DNA from: Parcubacteria group bacterium
Lineage (GTDB): Bacteria; Patescibacteriota; Minisyncoccia; Phycocordibacterales; Phycocordibacteraceae
Assembly: GCA_028286615.1 (NCBI GenBank)
Contig: JAQBRG010000003.1
Coordinates: 13,125-77,124, forward strand
Length of the DNA: 64,000 nucleotides
Reading direction: 5' to 3'
Every line of letters begins with the position of its first letter. Positions within the stretch are counted from its first letter, which is position 1. The position numbers were made by a program, and so were the translations under genes. The notes below the pieces were generated by a model. It was not told where the DNA came from. It was given only the letters and a program-made list of their open reading frames with translations, and did not search any database. Shown piece after piece: positions 26,829 to 36,151 of this stretch.

Positions 26829-27446
26829 CTAACGGCTGTAGAACGAGAGCACCGTAACGAGATCTCCCGCTGGCTGCGCGCTTTCCATAGTAGGAACCTC
26901 TTGGAGGCTGCCTTCCATAGACTTCGCATTCCATGAGAGCCACGCAGGAAGCGTAGGACGCTCATTGAACTTCTCTGCGAAGTTCTCAAAGAGCCCTGCG
27001 CTCTTGCTACCGTCACGAACTGCAATCTTGTCTCCAGGACGCATAGCACGTGAAGGAATAGTTGTCTTAACTCCGTTCACGGTTATGTGGCCATGAGAGA
27101 CCATCTGACGAGCGCCACGTCGGCTCGGTGCAACACCGAGGCGGTACATAACGTTGTCGAGACGAAGCTCAAGATTGCGGTGAAGCACTTCGGTTGGAAT
27201 AGCTCCGTGAGTAGCAACGGCAGCACGCACGTATGCTGAGAACTGACGCTCAGAGATACCGTAGGTCATACGTACCTTCTGCTTCTCAAGAAGCTGCTTG
27301 CCGAATTCAGTCTGGTTACGACGTCCGCCAGAACGCTTGTTCTTTGCGGAACGCTCTTCAGCGAGTGCAAACTTCTGGCTCTGTGTCTTTGGGAAGACGC
27401 TTGCACCGAGACGCTTAGCTATTTTGTATTGTGGTCCAATTTTCAT
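26829..27446 (-). CDS. rpsD: 30S ribosomal protein S4
   Basis: QLLEKQKVR, LELRLDNVMYRLG, ARQMVSHGHI. Confidence 0.97.
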   Translation of the reverse strand: MKIGPQYKIAKRLGASVFPKTQSQKFALAEERSAKNKRSGGRRNQTEFGKQLLEKQKVRMTYGISERQFSAYVRAAVATHGAIPTEVLHRNLELRLDNVMYRLGVAPSRRGARQMVSHGHITVNGVKTTIPSRAMRPGDKIAVRDGSKSAGLFENFAEKFNERPTLPAWLSWNAKSMEGSLQEVPTMESAQPAGDLVTVLSFYSR

Positions 27447-27452
27447 ATGAGT

Positions 27453-27887
27453 TTATACGCGACGAGGCTTAGGGGGACGAGGTCCGTTATGTGGTACTGG
27501 AGTTGCGTCCTTGATTGAACGGATAGCAATACCCTTGCTTGAGAAGGCGCGAAGAGCAGACTCGCGTCCAGCTCCGATACCGCGAATAACAACTGAAGCT
27601 TCCTTGAGGCCGATTGCCATAGCCTTCTCACCGAGAAGCTCGCCAACCTTAGCCGCTGCATAAGGAGTTGATTTACGTGCGCCTGAGAAGCCAAGAGCTC
27701 CTGCAGAAGAAGACATGATTGCGTTTCCAGCATCGTCTGTAAGAACGGCCTTGGTGTTGTTGAAGGTAGCTTCAACATGGAGAATGCCGCGCTCGATGCG
27801 CTTCTTTGCAATCTTAGAAAGGGCACGCTCCTTGCGTCCCTGGTCGAGACCCTTTCCTGACTTCTTGATGATACGTTTCTTACCCAT
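27453..27887 (-). CDS. rpsK: 30S ribosomal protein S11
   Basis: ATFNNT, RKSTPYAA, DATPVPHNGPRPPKPRRV. Confidence 0.97.
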   Translation of the reverse strand: MGKKRIIKKSGKGLDQGRKERALSKIAKKRIERGILHVEATFNNTKAVLTDDAGNAIMSSSAGALGFSGARKSTPYAAAKVGELLGEKAMAIGLKEASVVIRGIGAGRESALRAFSSKGIAIRSIKDATPVPHNGPRPPKPRRV

Positions 27888-27905
27888 AGGAAATTATATA
27901 AAGGA

Positions 27906-28286
27906 TTAGGTCTTCTCGAGCGTACGACGACCGCTACCCATAGTCTTGCGAGTGTTTCCACGAACAGTACGAGAGTTGGTCTTGGTGCGCTGATTGCGAA
28001 CTGGAAGACGGCGCTCGTGACGGATGCCACGTGCTGAACGAATATCCTTAAGGCGCTTGATGTTCTGTCCGATCTCACGGCGGAGCTCTCCTTCGATTGT
28101 GTATGCCTCAGCAAGAAGACGAATGCTCTGCTCTTCTTCTGGAGTTAGTTCACTTCCCTTCTTGGTCTCTGAAATCTTTGCTTCAGCAAGAATAAGACGA
28201 GAACGCATTGGACCGATGCCATAGATAAGAGGCAGCGCGTATAGGAGCTGCTTGTCATCTGGAAGGGTTACACCGGCGATACGCAT
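27906..28286 (-). CDS. rpsM: 30S ribosomal protein S13
   Basis: MRIAGV, IYGIG, RGIRHERRLPVRNQRTKTNSRT. Confidence 0.97.
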   Translation of the reverse strand: MRIAGVTLPDDKQLLYALPLIYGIGPMRSRLILAEAKISETKKGSELTPEEEQSIRLLAEAYTIEGELRREIGQNIKRLKDIRSARGIRHERRLPVRNQRTKTNSRTVRGNTRKTMGSGRRTLEKT

Positions 28287-28314
28287 GTGAGAATAAACTT
28301 AAGTACTAAAATAA

Positions 28315-28431
28315 TTAGCCCTGACGTGCTTTACGACGAGGGTTGCGCTTGTTGATACGGTACAAACGACCGCGACGGCGGACGAGAATATCTCCAGGCT
28401 GCTGGACTTTAATTGAGGCGCGGACTTTCAT
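28315..28431 (-). CDS. rpmJ: 50S ribosomal protein L36 (zinc-free type; not in ORF track)
   Basis: Hand translation [38 protein letters not shown]; canonical position between infA and rpsM. Confidence 0.95.
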   Translation of the reverse strand: MKVRASIKVQQPGDILVRRRGRLYRINKRNPRRKARQG

Positions 28432-28449
28432 CGGGTTTATGATTTGGTG

Positions 28450-28668
28450 CTACGACAATCTACGAACGATACGTGCCCGGCCGCCATACGGATCGAGGAC
28501 CAACTCAACGTTGTCCCCAACCAGTACGCGTATACGGTGCAAACGCATCTTTCCAGCAAGGTAGGCGAGTAGAAGTTCCCCTGAAGGCATCCTTACTCGA
28601 AACAACGAGTTAGGAAGCACCTCTTCAACGGTGCCGGTGGTCGGCTCCTCAGCTCTCGTTTCCTCCAT
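28450..28668 (-). CDS. infA: Translation initiation factor IF-1
   Basis: GTVEEVLPNSLFRV, AYLAGKMRLHRIRVLVGD. Confidence 0.96.
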   Translation of the reverse strand: MEETRAEEPTTGTVEEVLPNSLFRVRMPSGELLLAYLAGKMRLHRIRVLVGDNVELVLDPYGGRARIVRRLS

Positions 28669-28715
28669 GTGTAGCTTGGGTATAGTAGCAGGATTAAAAT
28701 ACAGCGTCAACCGTA

Positions 28716-29987
28716 TTACTGAGCATTTCCGGCCTCTTCTACCTCAACGGTGATTTTCTCCGGATTAGCGGGGAAAGAACCCTTCCAGAAAGGACGAAGA
28801 ACGAGCCTTGCGCGGTCCACTTCTGGGAAGCCTGTGAGAGCTACTTCAGCTGAATTACGGGTCTTTCCAGCCACTGCTGCAGCTATCTTAGTACCCTCTA
28901 CTTTCCATACAACGGTTGTGTTTCCTGACAGGGAGAAGGCAAATTCAGGCTGTCCAGCAGGTGAGGTGTTCACCGTAGGAGTGAGCTTGAGCTGGTCTAC
29001 CCTTGCCAGCACTACAGGCTGTCCTGAGTAGCTTCCAACGGTCTTGTAGGCTACCGACTTCGCAAGTGCTTCAGCTGGGAAGACTACGGCTGTTATGGAA
29101 CCCTTTACACGCACCTCAACTGTTCCGGTAGCACCAGCTATATCTGGCTGGGGCTCGTAGGTAGCGAATGTTGAGCCAGGTACGAGTACGTATCCGGCTG
29201 GAACTTTTTCTTTAACTGCGGTTTCAAGGTCTCCAACGAGAGTACCTTGGAGTGTTTGGGACTCCCGGTCCTTTGTTGCTTGGCTAACTGAAGGACGCGG
29301 ACCGGAGAAGCCACCCTGCATAGGATCTGCTGAACGCCCTGTTACCTGCGTAAAGGCAGCTGAGCCTGTAAGACCAGGAACCGTGAAGGTTGTAGGTCCT
29401 ACATTGTATTTGTCTCCAGCTTCGTCTGCGTAGACCGTAACGGAAAGACTTCCTGGAGTGCCGTTTTTAGCTGCTGGAACGGTTATAGAGTCACGAATAC
29501 GGAAGATTAAGCCGTCTGGAGTCTGGAAACGAGTGTTCTTTATAAGCTGCTGAGCTGCTGCCTGCTGGTTCGTAATAGTAATAGTTCCCTGTGCTGGCTG
29601 GTTAACAGTTTCGGTTGATTCAGCCTGAACTGAATTGCTTGCTACTTTGTCTACGGAAATAACTTCAAATGGAAGATCTCCCGCTGAAGCAGTTGCTATG
29701 AAGTCAGAAGTTATAGACACCTGGTTCATGGCAGGCGTTATAGAAACCTTGGCGCCTGAGAATGCGTATAGTGCCGCAGCTGATCCAATAACAACAACCA
29801 GAGCGATAATCGCGGTACCCAGTGGAAACTTCCTGCCTGAAGAAGGAGGACGTATTGGTGGAGGAACTGGTCGAGGAGGTTCGTTGCTGTAAACAGGCTG
29901 AGGCATGTCTACGGGCTGACCCATTTCACCCGTCATGGGGCGGCGACGTGATGGAGGTACGATGTCGTTCAAGCTTTTGTGCTGCAT
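28716..29987 (-). CDS. Membrane-anchored protein with baseplate J-like beta domain (CPR-type)
   Basis: N-terminal DIVPP motif, single TM, AQGTITITN...TRFQTPDGLIFR...VYADEAGDKYNVGP...GGFSG. Confidence 0.65.
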   Translation of the reverse strand: MQHKSLNDIVPPSRRRPMTGEMGQPVDMPQPVYSNEPPRPVPPPIRPPSSGRKFPLGTAIIALVVVIGSAAALYAFSGAKVSITPAMNQVSITSDFIATASAGDLPFEVISVDKVASNSVQAESTETVNQPAQGTITITNQQAAAQQLIKNTRFQTPDGLIFRIRDSITVPAAKNGTPGSLSVTVYADEAGDKYNVGPTTFTVPGLTGSAAFTQVTGRSADPMQGGFSGPRPSVSQATKDRESQTLQGTLVGDLETAVKEKVPAGYVLVPGSTFATYEPQPDIAGATGTVEVRVKGSITAVVFPAEALAKSVAYKTVGSYSGQPVVLARVDQLKLTPTVNTSPAGQPEFAFSLSGNTTVVWKVEGTKIAAAVAGKTRNSAEVALTGFPEVDRARLVLRPFWKGSFPANPEKITVEVEEAGNAQ

Positions 29988-30169
29988 ATGTAATTAAAAG
30001 TGTTCTAGAGGCGTTCCCCTAATGCTATAGAACTAGTATACCGAGCACGCTAAGCAGTGCAAAGCATGTCGAGCAAGTTGTGGGTATAAGTTATTGAGCT
30101 TCGGCTTGCTTACGAAAATGCAGAAATATGGGGCGCCGCTAGTTTCAAACGAAAGAATCGCATTACAAA

Positions 30170-30631
30170 TCAGCCTAGTAATTCTTCCAACGTACCATCA
30201 TCATTAACTTTTAAATGAACAACGATCTCGCCAATACCATCTGGAGAATCCCGTAGAGCGCCGATTATAGTGTTACTAAGTATTCTGAAGCGTTTATTGA
30301 AACTTTCATATGCTTCTCGAGAAACAGCGTTCTGTGACTCTAAGAAGTTTACCAGCCTAAAAAGTGGAGCAATGTCTATGAGAGCTTGTGCTCGTGGCGA
30401 CGCGCGACGTTCGTCTTTCGTCATAAACCTTGTTATTGCCCGTAATGATTCAAGATCATATTTGCTTTGAAAGCCCACAAATAACGCTTCAAGCTCTGCA
30501 ATTTTTTCCGCACAAAATTCTGGGCTTTCTTGTTTTCCGGGTTCTGGATGCCAGGACATCGCTTCTTCTGGGCTTCGCGGACCTGAAGAAGGATTGTTCT
30601 CGGGTGTAGGAAATTTATCAATTGTAGACAT
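30170..30631 (-). CDS. Hypothetical protein
   Basis: ORF; start chosen at MSTIDKF, 6 nt after TACAAT. Confidence 0.55.
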   Translation of the reverse strand: MSTIDKFPTPENNPSSGPRSPEEAMSWHPEPGKQESPEFCAEKIAELEALFVGFQSKYDLESLRAITRFMTKDERRASPRAQALIDIAPLFRLVNFLESQNAVSREAYESFNKRFRILSNTIIGALRDSPDGIGEIVVHLKVNDDGTLEELLG

Positions 30632-30762
30632 GGACTTATTGTACTTTAGACATGCAGGTATGTCTGGGACGATGTTGGAATCGAGCTTAATTTGACGAGC
30701 ATATTTTAATAATGCAATATCATCCTGGGTACTTTTGCCCTGTCTAACAAGGAGGTTCTCCC

Positions 30763-31182
30763 ATGGAGCCCTCAACATCTGAGAACAAGCTGGTTGATAG
30801 CTGGAAGCTGAATTTGGTTATCGGGTTTTCTCCCCCTCACGGCCTCGCACTTCCCGAAGGGTTCGTATACAAGAACGCGATCAAGAGCGTCATCGCCGAA
30901 ACACCCTGGTTGGTCAAAGAAGGCGGATCCCGGCCGGCCGAAATGGTCGTCGACAGGAAGTCGATGCACTACTCGGCGATGAGTATCTACTACAACATCT
31001 CCATCCAGGCAGAGTTAAAATCTTCCCAACTTCGCGCCCTTCGTCTATATCTGGCCGGATTGGTGAAGAAACTCGCCGAGGTGGATATCGAGCATGTGCA
31101 GGACGTTTTCGGTTATCTCGAAATGACCAGCACTCTTATAACTGAACCGAGCGTCAAAGTGTCCGCAGGACAACCGGGCTAG
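30763..31182 (+). CDS. Hypothetical protein
   Basis: AAGGAGG RBS upstream; terminator-like hairpin CCCGCCAC...GTGGCGGG downstream. Confidence 0.65.
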   Translation: MEPSTSENKLVDSWKLNLVIGFSPPHGLALPEGFVYKNAIKSVIAETPWLVKEGGSRPAEMVVDRKSMHYSAMSIYYNISIQAELKSSQLRALRLYLAGLVKKLAEVDIEHVQDVFGYLEMTSTLITEPSVKVSAGQPG

Positions 31183-31325
31183 CCTGCCTAAGCAGGCAGA
31201 TAACGCTCCCCGCCACGTCGAAAGATGTGGCGGGTTTTACGTTTTAACGCTGGCAGTTTGGGGCGACTCTGAAACCCTCACACAAGAAGCCGCCCGCTGG
31301 GTATTCCAGGGGCGGCTTGAGATGG

Positions 31326-31670
31326 CTACTTCTGCTTGATAAGCATCAGTGGACGACCATCGGGATCTTGAACATACTGGAAGCGCATATCCGAGCTCTC
31401 CATGATTTCAGTTTTAGGAGTAATCTCGTACGTCGAGATAATTTTCAACGCCTCTTCAATCGAGTCCACTTCTATCATTAAGACGTCTGCGTTGAATTTC
31501 GTTGAAGCTTGGTAGATTTCAACCACGGCAGTATCTGACATGGGACCAAGCTCGTGGTGTACGGGTCCTCCATGCTGGTGTTCGTGTTCACTCAGACCTA
31601 GGTCTGCATAAAAGCGGGCTGTGATTTTCCGGTCACGAGCCCGGAAAATCATTCCTCTGACTTGTGCCAT
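31326..31670 (-). CDS. VOC/glyoxalase family protein
   Basis: ARFYADLGL...EHQHGGPVH, IEVDSIEE, VQDPDGRPL. Confidence 0.8.
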   Translation of the reverse strand: MAQVRGMIFRARDRKITARFYADLGLSEHEHQHGGPVHHELGPMSDTAVVEIYQASTKFNADVLMIEVDSIEEALKIISTYEITPKTEIMESSDMRFQYVQDPDGRPLMLIKQK

Positions 31671-31755
31671 TTCTTGTCTCCCACAAAAGAACGTTCTTAG
31701 AGACTAATACGATTGGCAATTAAGTCAAAATATTGCAGGCAGTCTAGGGTCGAAC

Positions 31756-32904
31756 CTAACTCAATTCCCCTTTAGGACGTTTCGTATGAAATAGCGCCAA
31801 CATGCTGAGATACAAGTCTCCTTCCGCAGTTCCTCGCGTTTGAACAAATGGAGCAAAGTGTTGAGGAGCAACCGGAATAACGCCAAGAGGCTCGTCTGAA
31901 AGCCAGAGGGAGCGGAGAGTGCTGCTATCTAGTAGCTTCTTTAGGAAGTCGCGGGCAAAAGGATCCGCAATAATAAACACCGTTCGAGGAAGTGGTTGGC
32001 GGCTGGAGAATTCTCCAAGCACATCTCGCAACTCCTCAATCCACTTTGCTTTGCTCTTAGCTATGCGCGCTGCCAACTTCGTATTTCGTTCCCTATCAAT
32101 TAACCCGCTTCCAAGAGAACTGGCAGTTTTTTCTCCATCGAGCGAAGAAAGTAAGTCGGTTAAACCTGTTGGTATAGAGGAGACACCCATAAGGAGTCCA
32201 CGCTTTATAAACGCGGCATCTGTAGACATGCCTGAGATATCAAGGACTATGTAATCTTTCTGGTGCGCAAAGACGTCTCTAAACACGGCGTACGCAACAG
32301 GAGCAAACGCCGTTATTGATACCGAGTGTGTATGGAAAGAGTGCCTGAGAGTTCGTTCAACTTCGTATTGCGCCTCTGTCTCAAGTGTTGAGGAAAGGAT
32401 AACCAAATCAGCTCGCTTAACCTTCTTTCCAAAGGGACTGGTTGTCTCGTATCCGTTAAGTACTGTTGCAACAACATCGCGTCCGGAAAGCGTACGTCCT
32501 TCTGGCAAAGGTTTAGAAGGAGCAGAAGCGGTTGCCATAAACTCATGCGAGAACATGAATGGTTTGTCTCGCTGCATGCTCTTAACTTCTATCTCGCTTT
32601 CCTGCCACGGCGCGCCTATGGAAGCCTCAATACGATGTATGTGTGCGTCTCCAACCTCCCGACGTAACGTAGGAGCACCTTCTGCAACCAAGAGTGCGCA
32701 TACTTCATGCAGAGCACGGATCATGGCGGGAAGAGGAGCCTCGCCTTCGTGCGGCAATACCGCAACCCGCGTTGCGTAATAGATAACGGGAGACTTCCCC
32801 TCAACCATATGCGCAAAGGCTCCACCAACAGTGGTGGCTCCAATATCAAAAAGCGCTACGGACTCAGAATTTTTCTTAAAGCGCTTAAAGGAAAAGAATT
32901 CCAT
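31756..32904 (-). CDS. Actin-like (FtsA/PilM-like) fold protein, CPR-type
   Basis: ALFDIGATTVGGA phosphate-1-like loop, LNGYET, IVLDISGMSTDAA phosphate-2-like loop. Confidence 0.65.
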   Translation of the reverse strand: MEFFSFKRFKKNSESVALFDIGATTVGGAFAHMVEGKSPVIYYATRVAVLPHEGEAPLPAMIRALHEVCALLVAEGAPTLRREVGDAHIHRIEASIGAPWQESEIEVKSMQRDKPFMFSHEFMATASAPSKPLPEGRTLSGRDVVATVLNGYETTSPFGKKVKRADLVILSSTLETEAQYEVERTLRHSFHTHSVSITAFAPVAYAVFRDVFAHQKDYIVLDISGMSTDAAFIKRGLLMGVSSIPTGLTDLLSSLDGEKTASSLGSGLIDRERNTKLAARIAKSKAKWIEELRDVLGEFSSRQPLPRTVFIIADPFARDFLKKLLDSSTLRSLWLSDEPLGVIPVAPQHFAPFVQTRGTAEGDLYLSMLALFHTKRPKGELS

Positions 32905-32942
32905 GTGTGAAAAGTATACCCTTCACTTGGGTATCTTCCCTC

Positions 32943-34853
32943 CTATTTTACTAACACTGCCTTTATGCGACGAATGCCCGCGGCAACCGCTTCCTCTTTT
33001 TGAATCTTAAACGTACCTCCTTCGCGTATTTCGCTTGTGTTCGATACGTGTGGACCTCCACAGAATTCTAGAGAGAATGCATTGGGAATATCCGGAGATG
33101 CTTCTGTTGCGTGTACTGGACCAACTGAATACACAGACACCATATCTGGGTACTTAACACCGAACTCCATTTCGGCACCAAGTTTCTCAGCTTCTTCGCG
33201 TGGCATAACGGTACGAGTAACAGGAAGGTCTTGTTCAAGAGTTTCGTTCACAATCTTTTCAACTTCTGCCTTCTGCTCGTCTGTCATCTTTCCTGGAGAA
33301 GAGAAGTCTATACGCAAACGCTCTGAGGTTATGTTGCTGCCCCGCTGCTTAACTTCTGGGCCCAATACCAGCTGGAGGGCCTTAAGAAGGATGTGGTGCG
33401 TTGTGTGATACCTCACAGTCTGTTCTGCATGATCTGCTAGACCTCCGGCAAAGCGCTGCGCACCTCCTGCTCGGGACGTTTCCTGATGCTGCTCCATGAG
33501 CTTCATAACGGCAGTAAGATCTATTTCAATCTCTCGCTCGTTCGCAAGTTCTTCTGTCATCTCTACAGGGAATCCGTAGGTAGTAAAGAGGGTGAACACG
33601 TCTTCAGCGCTAACTTCCCGTTTAGCTGCTAGCTTCTCAAATTCTCGAAGACCTTGCTCAAGTGTCTTTCGAAAACGATCTTCTTCTTTCGCTAGTTCCT
33701 CTCGAATCTTTGTTGCGTGTTCTTTTACATGAGGATAGTGATCTGCATAAGCTTCTGCATATCCCTCGGCAACCTCAGGAAGAATGGCTTCTTTGATACC
33801 AAGTCTATCTGCTTCTCGAATAGCTCGGCGAATAAGACGACGAAGTACATACCCTGCTTCAGTATTTGAAGGCACAACGTCTTCAGCAAGCATGAAAGAA
33901 GCTGCTCGCATGTGATCGAGGATTATACGGAATGAGCGTGTTGCATCGGTTTCGTCATACTTCTTCCCAGAACGCTTTTCAATAACTACCCGTGCTGCAT
34001 CGAACACATCCAGCATGAATATATCTGGACCAACGGTTGCCATTGCGATACGTTCAAGACCTCCTCCGAAATCGATATTCTTTTTTGGTAGTTCTTCAAA
34101 TGCGCCGCTCTCGTTTTTCATGAACTGCATGAACACCGAATTCCCTATTTCTACAAAGCGTCCGCAATCACAGTTAGGGTGGCAGTGCTGTCCCCATTTA
34201 GGGTCGTGTGCTGTTCCAAAGTCATAGAAGATCTCTGAATCTGGACCGCCAGGTTCTCCTATGGGCATTTTTGCAGGCACTCCTGCGCGACTCCACCAAT
34301 TCTTGTCGGTATATGCAAAAACTCGCTCTCCTTCTTTCATGCCTCGATCATACCCAGCCTGCTCTGTGCCTATTGAAGCAAACTTGGCTTCAATTCCTTT
34401 TTCACTAAATAGACGCTGCCATATTTCAGCTGCTTCGGTGTCTACAGCAATACCTGCTTCAGGATCCCCTGCATACACAGTTGTGTATAGCTTCGTTGGA
34501 TCAATTCCAAATCCTGTTTCTGGACTCGTTAAGAACTCGAATATCCATGGAAGCTGCTCTTGTTTGAAATAGTCTCCGAAAGACCAGTTTCCAAGCATCT
34601 CAAAAAAGGTAGTGTGGCGATTGTCTCCAACCTCCTCAATATCTCCTGCACGAAAACTTAATTGAGAATTAACAACACGCTTTCCTTCAGGATGATCCTT
34701 CCCGAGAAAGTACGGCAAAAGCGGCTGCATGCCAGAAGAGGTAAAGAGCGTGGTCGGATCGTTTCCGGGTACGATTGGTGCGGTAGGTATGACCACATGC
34801 CCCCGCTCGGCATAGTATTGAAGAAAACGTTTACGGACTTCAGAAACGGTCAT
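32943..34853 (-). CDS. alaS: Alanine--tRNA ligase (short form, no C-Ala domain)
   Basis: DPTTLFTSSGMQP, HTTFFEMLGNWSFGDYFK, IDFGGGLERI, editing HTTHH and FCGGPH. Confidence 0.97.
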   Translation of the reverse strand: MTVSEVRKRFLQYYAERGHVVIPTAPIVPGNDPTTLFTSSGMQPLLPYFLGKDHPEGKRVVNSQLSFRAGDIEEVGDNRHTTFFEMLGNWSFGDYFKQEQLPWIFEFLTSPETGFGIDPTKLYTTVYAGDPEAGIAVDTEAAEIWQRLFSEKGIEAKFASIGTEQAGYDRGMKEGERVFAYTDKNWWSRAGVPAKMPIGEPGGPDSEIFYDFGTAHDPKWGQHCHPNCDCGRFVEIGNSVFMQFMKNESGAFEELPKKNIDFGGGLERIAMATVGPDIFMLDVFDAARVVIEKRSGKKYDETDATRSFRIILDHMRAASFMLAEDVVPSNTEAGYVLRRLIRRAIREADRLGIKEAILPEVAEGYAEAYADHYPHVKEHATKIREELAKEEDRFRKTLEQGLREFEKLAAKREVSAEDVFTLFTTYGFPVEMTEELANEREIEIDLTAVMKLMEQHQETSRAGGAQRFAGGLADHAEQTVRYHTTHHILLKALQLVLGPEVKQRGSNITSERLRIDFSSPGKMTDEQKAEVEKIVNETLEQDLPVTRTVMPREEAEKLGAEMEFGVKYPDMVSVYSVGPVHATEASPDIPNAFSLEFCGGPHVSNTSEIREGGTFKIQKEEAVAAGIRRIKAVLVK

Positions 34854-34878
34854 GATTCTATGAAGATACCACGCAGCG

Positions 34879-36150
34879 CTACTTGATAAAACTTCCGGCC
34901 GCAGCTAGCGAGAGCTTTGAAAGAGGAATAAGTGCTGCCGCTTCTTTAATTTCAGAAAGCGTTAGGGCTCGTATCAGAGCTGGGTACTCATCAATATATG
35001 AAAGTGGCTTTCCTTCTCGGCCAATTTTGTGGAGAACTGCTGCCATGCCTTTGCTTGTTGAAAGACTAACAAGATAGGAACCGCTAATCTCGCTCTTTTT
35101 AAACTCAAGTGCTTCTTCAGTAATACCGTTCTTGAAGAAGAAGTTAATTTCCTTTCGTGTAGCAGCTACAGCTTTTTCGTACGTTGCTGGAGAAAACGTT
35201 GCCCATATACGGAACATTCCTTCAGTATTCTTTTCAAATCCTGTTGGCATGCAATATATGCCGTACGTATATCCATCTCGTTCACGGATAGTACGCATGA
35301 GATGTCCGCTTGAAAGACCTCTGCCTCCAAGCATGCTGCACACTGCCATGAAGGGCAGGAATTCCTTGCTGTCATAGGTAAGAGGTACTGCGACACCAAG
35401 ATAGGTATCTATATTCGCTTTATCCTTAATAGAAACTAACGTCTCTGAAGCGGAAGAGATCTTTTTGTTAGGGCGCTGAACGTCTTCTGTAAAAGTTCCT
35501 TCTGGAAGAAGCTTGAGTGCTTTTTCAACTGCTTTCTTTGCGTCTGAAGGGTGGATGTCGCCGGCAAGAGACATTACAAGGCCACGTTTTCCTAATGTCT
35601 TACGAAAAGATACGAGCTCGGCTCGAGTAACTTTTTCAGTATGCTTAATACAGATGTTTGTGGTCTCTGCGTAATTAACGTGATCGGGCGCATACACAGC
35701 TCGCATAAGTGCACCTCCTGCCTGAGTGCGTGTATCGGTAAGACTTTCCTTTAGGTTTCCAAACGCACGTTCCTTAGCCGCCTTGACTTCTGAAGCTGGA
35801 AATTCTGCACCAGCCAAACACTCAGCAATAATAGTAAGGAGCATCGTAACGTCTTCAGGGAAACATGAACCATAAAATGAAGTCCGATCAGCTCCTGGGA
35901 CAAAGTCCAACGACGCTCCTCTAGCTGCAAGAGTTTCTCTGAAAAAGTCCTTCCCTTTAGTTTTTGTTCCAGCATCAAAAATCTCTGATGCAATTCCCGG
36001 AACTTCTTTAGCAGAACCTGAAAGGGATGCCCAGCCGCCAAGAACACTTCCTTCAATAGAAACCAGATTTTTCGCTCCTGTAGGTGCAACAAACACACGT
36101 TCGCCATGAGCAAATTCGAATTCGGTAATACTTGAAGCGATAGGATTCAT
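34879..36150 (-). CDS. M16 peptidase, non-catalytic subunit
   Basis: M16 fold features (IRERDGYTYGI), no HxxEH; paired with the upstream gene. Confidence 0.85.
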   Translation of the reverse strand: MNPIASSITEFEFAHGERVFVAPTGAKNLVSIEGSVLGGWASLSGSAKEVPGIASEIFDAGTKTKGKDFFRETLAARGASLDFVPGADRTSFYGSCFPEDVTMLLTIIAECLAGAEFPASEVKAAKERAFGNLKESLTDTRTQAGGALMRAVYAPDHVNYAETTNICIKHTEKVTRAELVSFRKTLGKRGLVMSLAGDIHPSDAKKAVEKALKLLPEGTFTEDVQRPNKKISSASETLVSIKDKANIDTYLGVAVPLTYDSKEFLPFMAVCSMLGGRGLSSGHLMRTIRERDGYTYGIYCMPTGFEKNTEGMFRIWATFSPATYEKAVAATRKEINFFFKNGITEEALEFKKSEISGSYLVSLSTSKGMAAVLHKIGREGKPLSYIDEYPALIRALTLSEIKEAAALIPLSKLSLAAAGSFIK

Positions 36151-36151
36151 A

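Noticed and set aside
28716-29987. Prophage, suggested by the baseplate J-like protein
   Set aside because: It has a TM anchor, lies among core genes, and no other phage structural genes or integrase are present.
32943-34853. alaS as a truncated pseudogene
   Set aside because: Catalytic and editing motifs are intact and it ends cleanly at GIRRIKA; short AlaRS without C-Ala is a known natural form.
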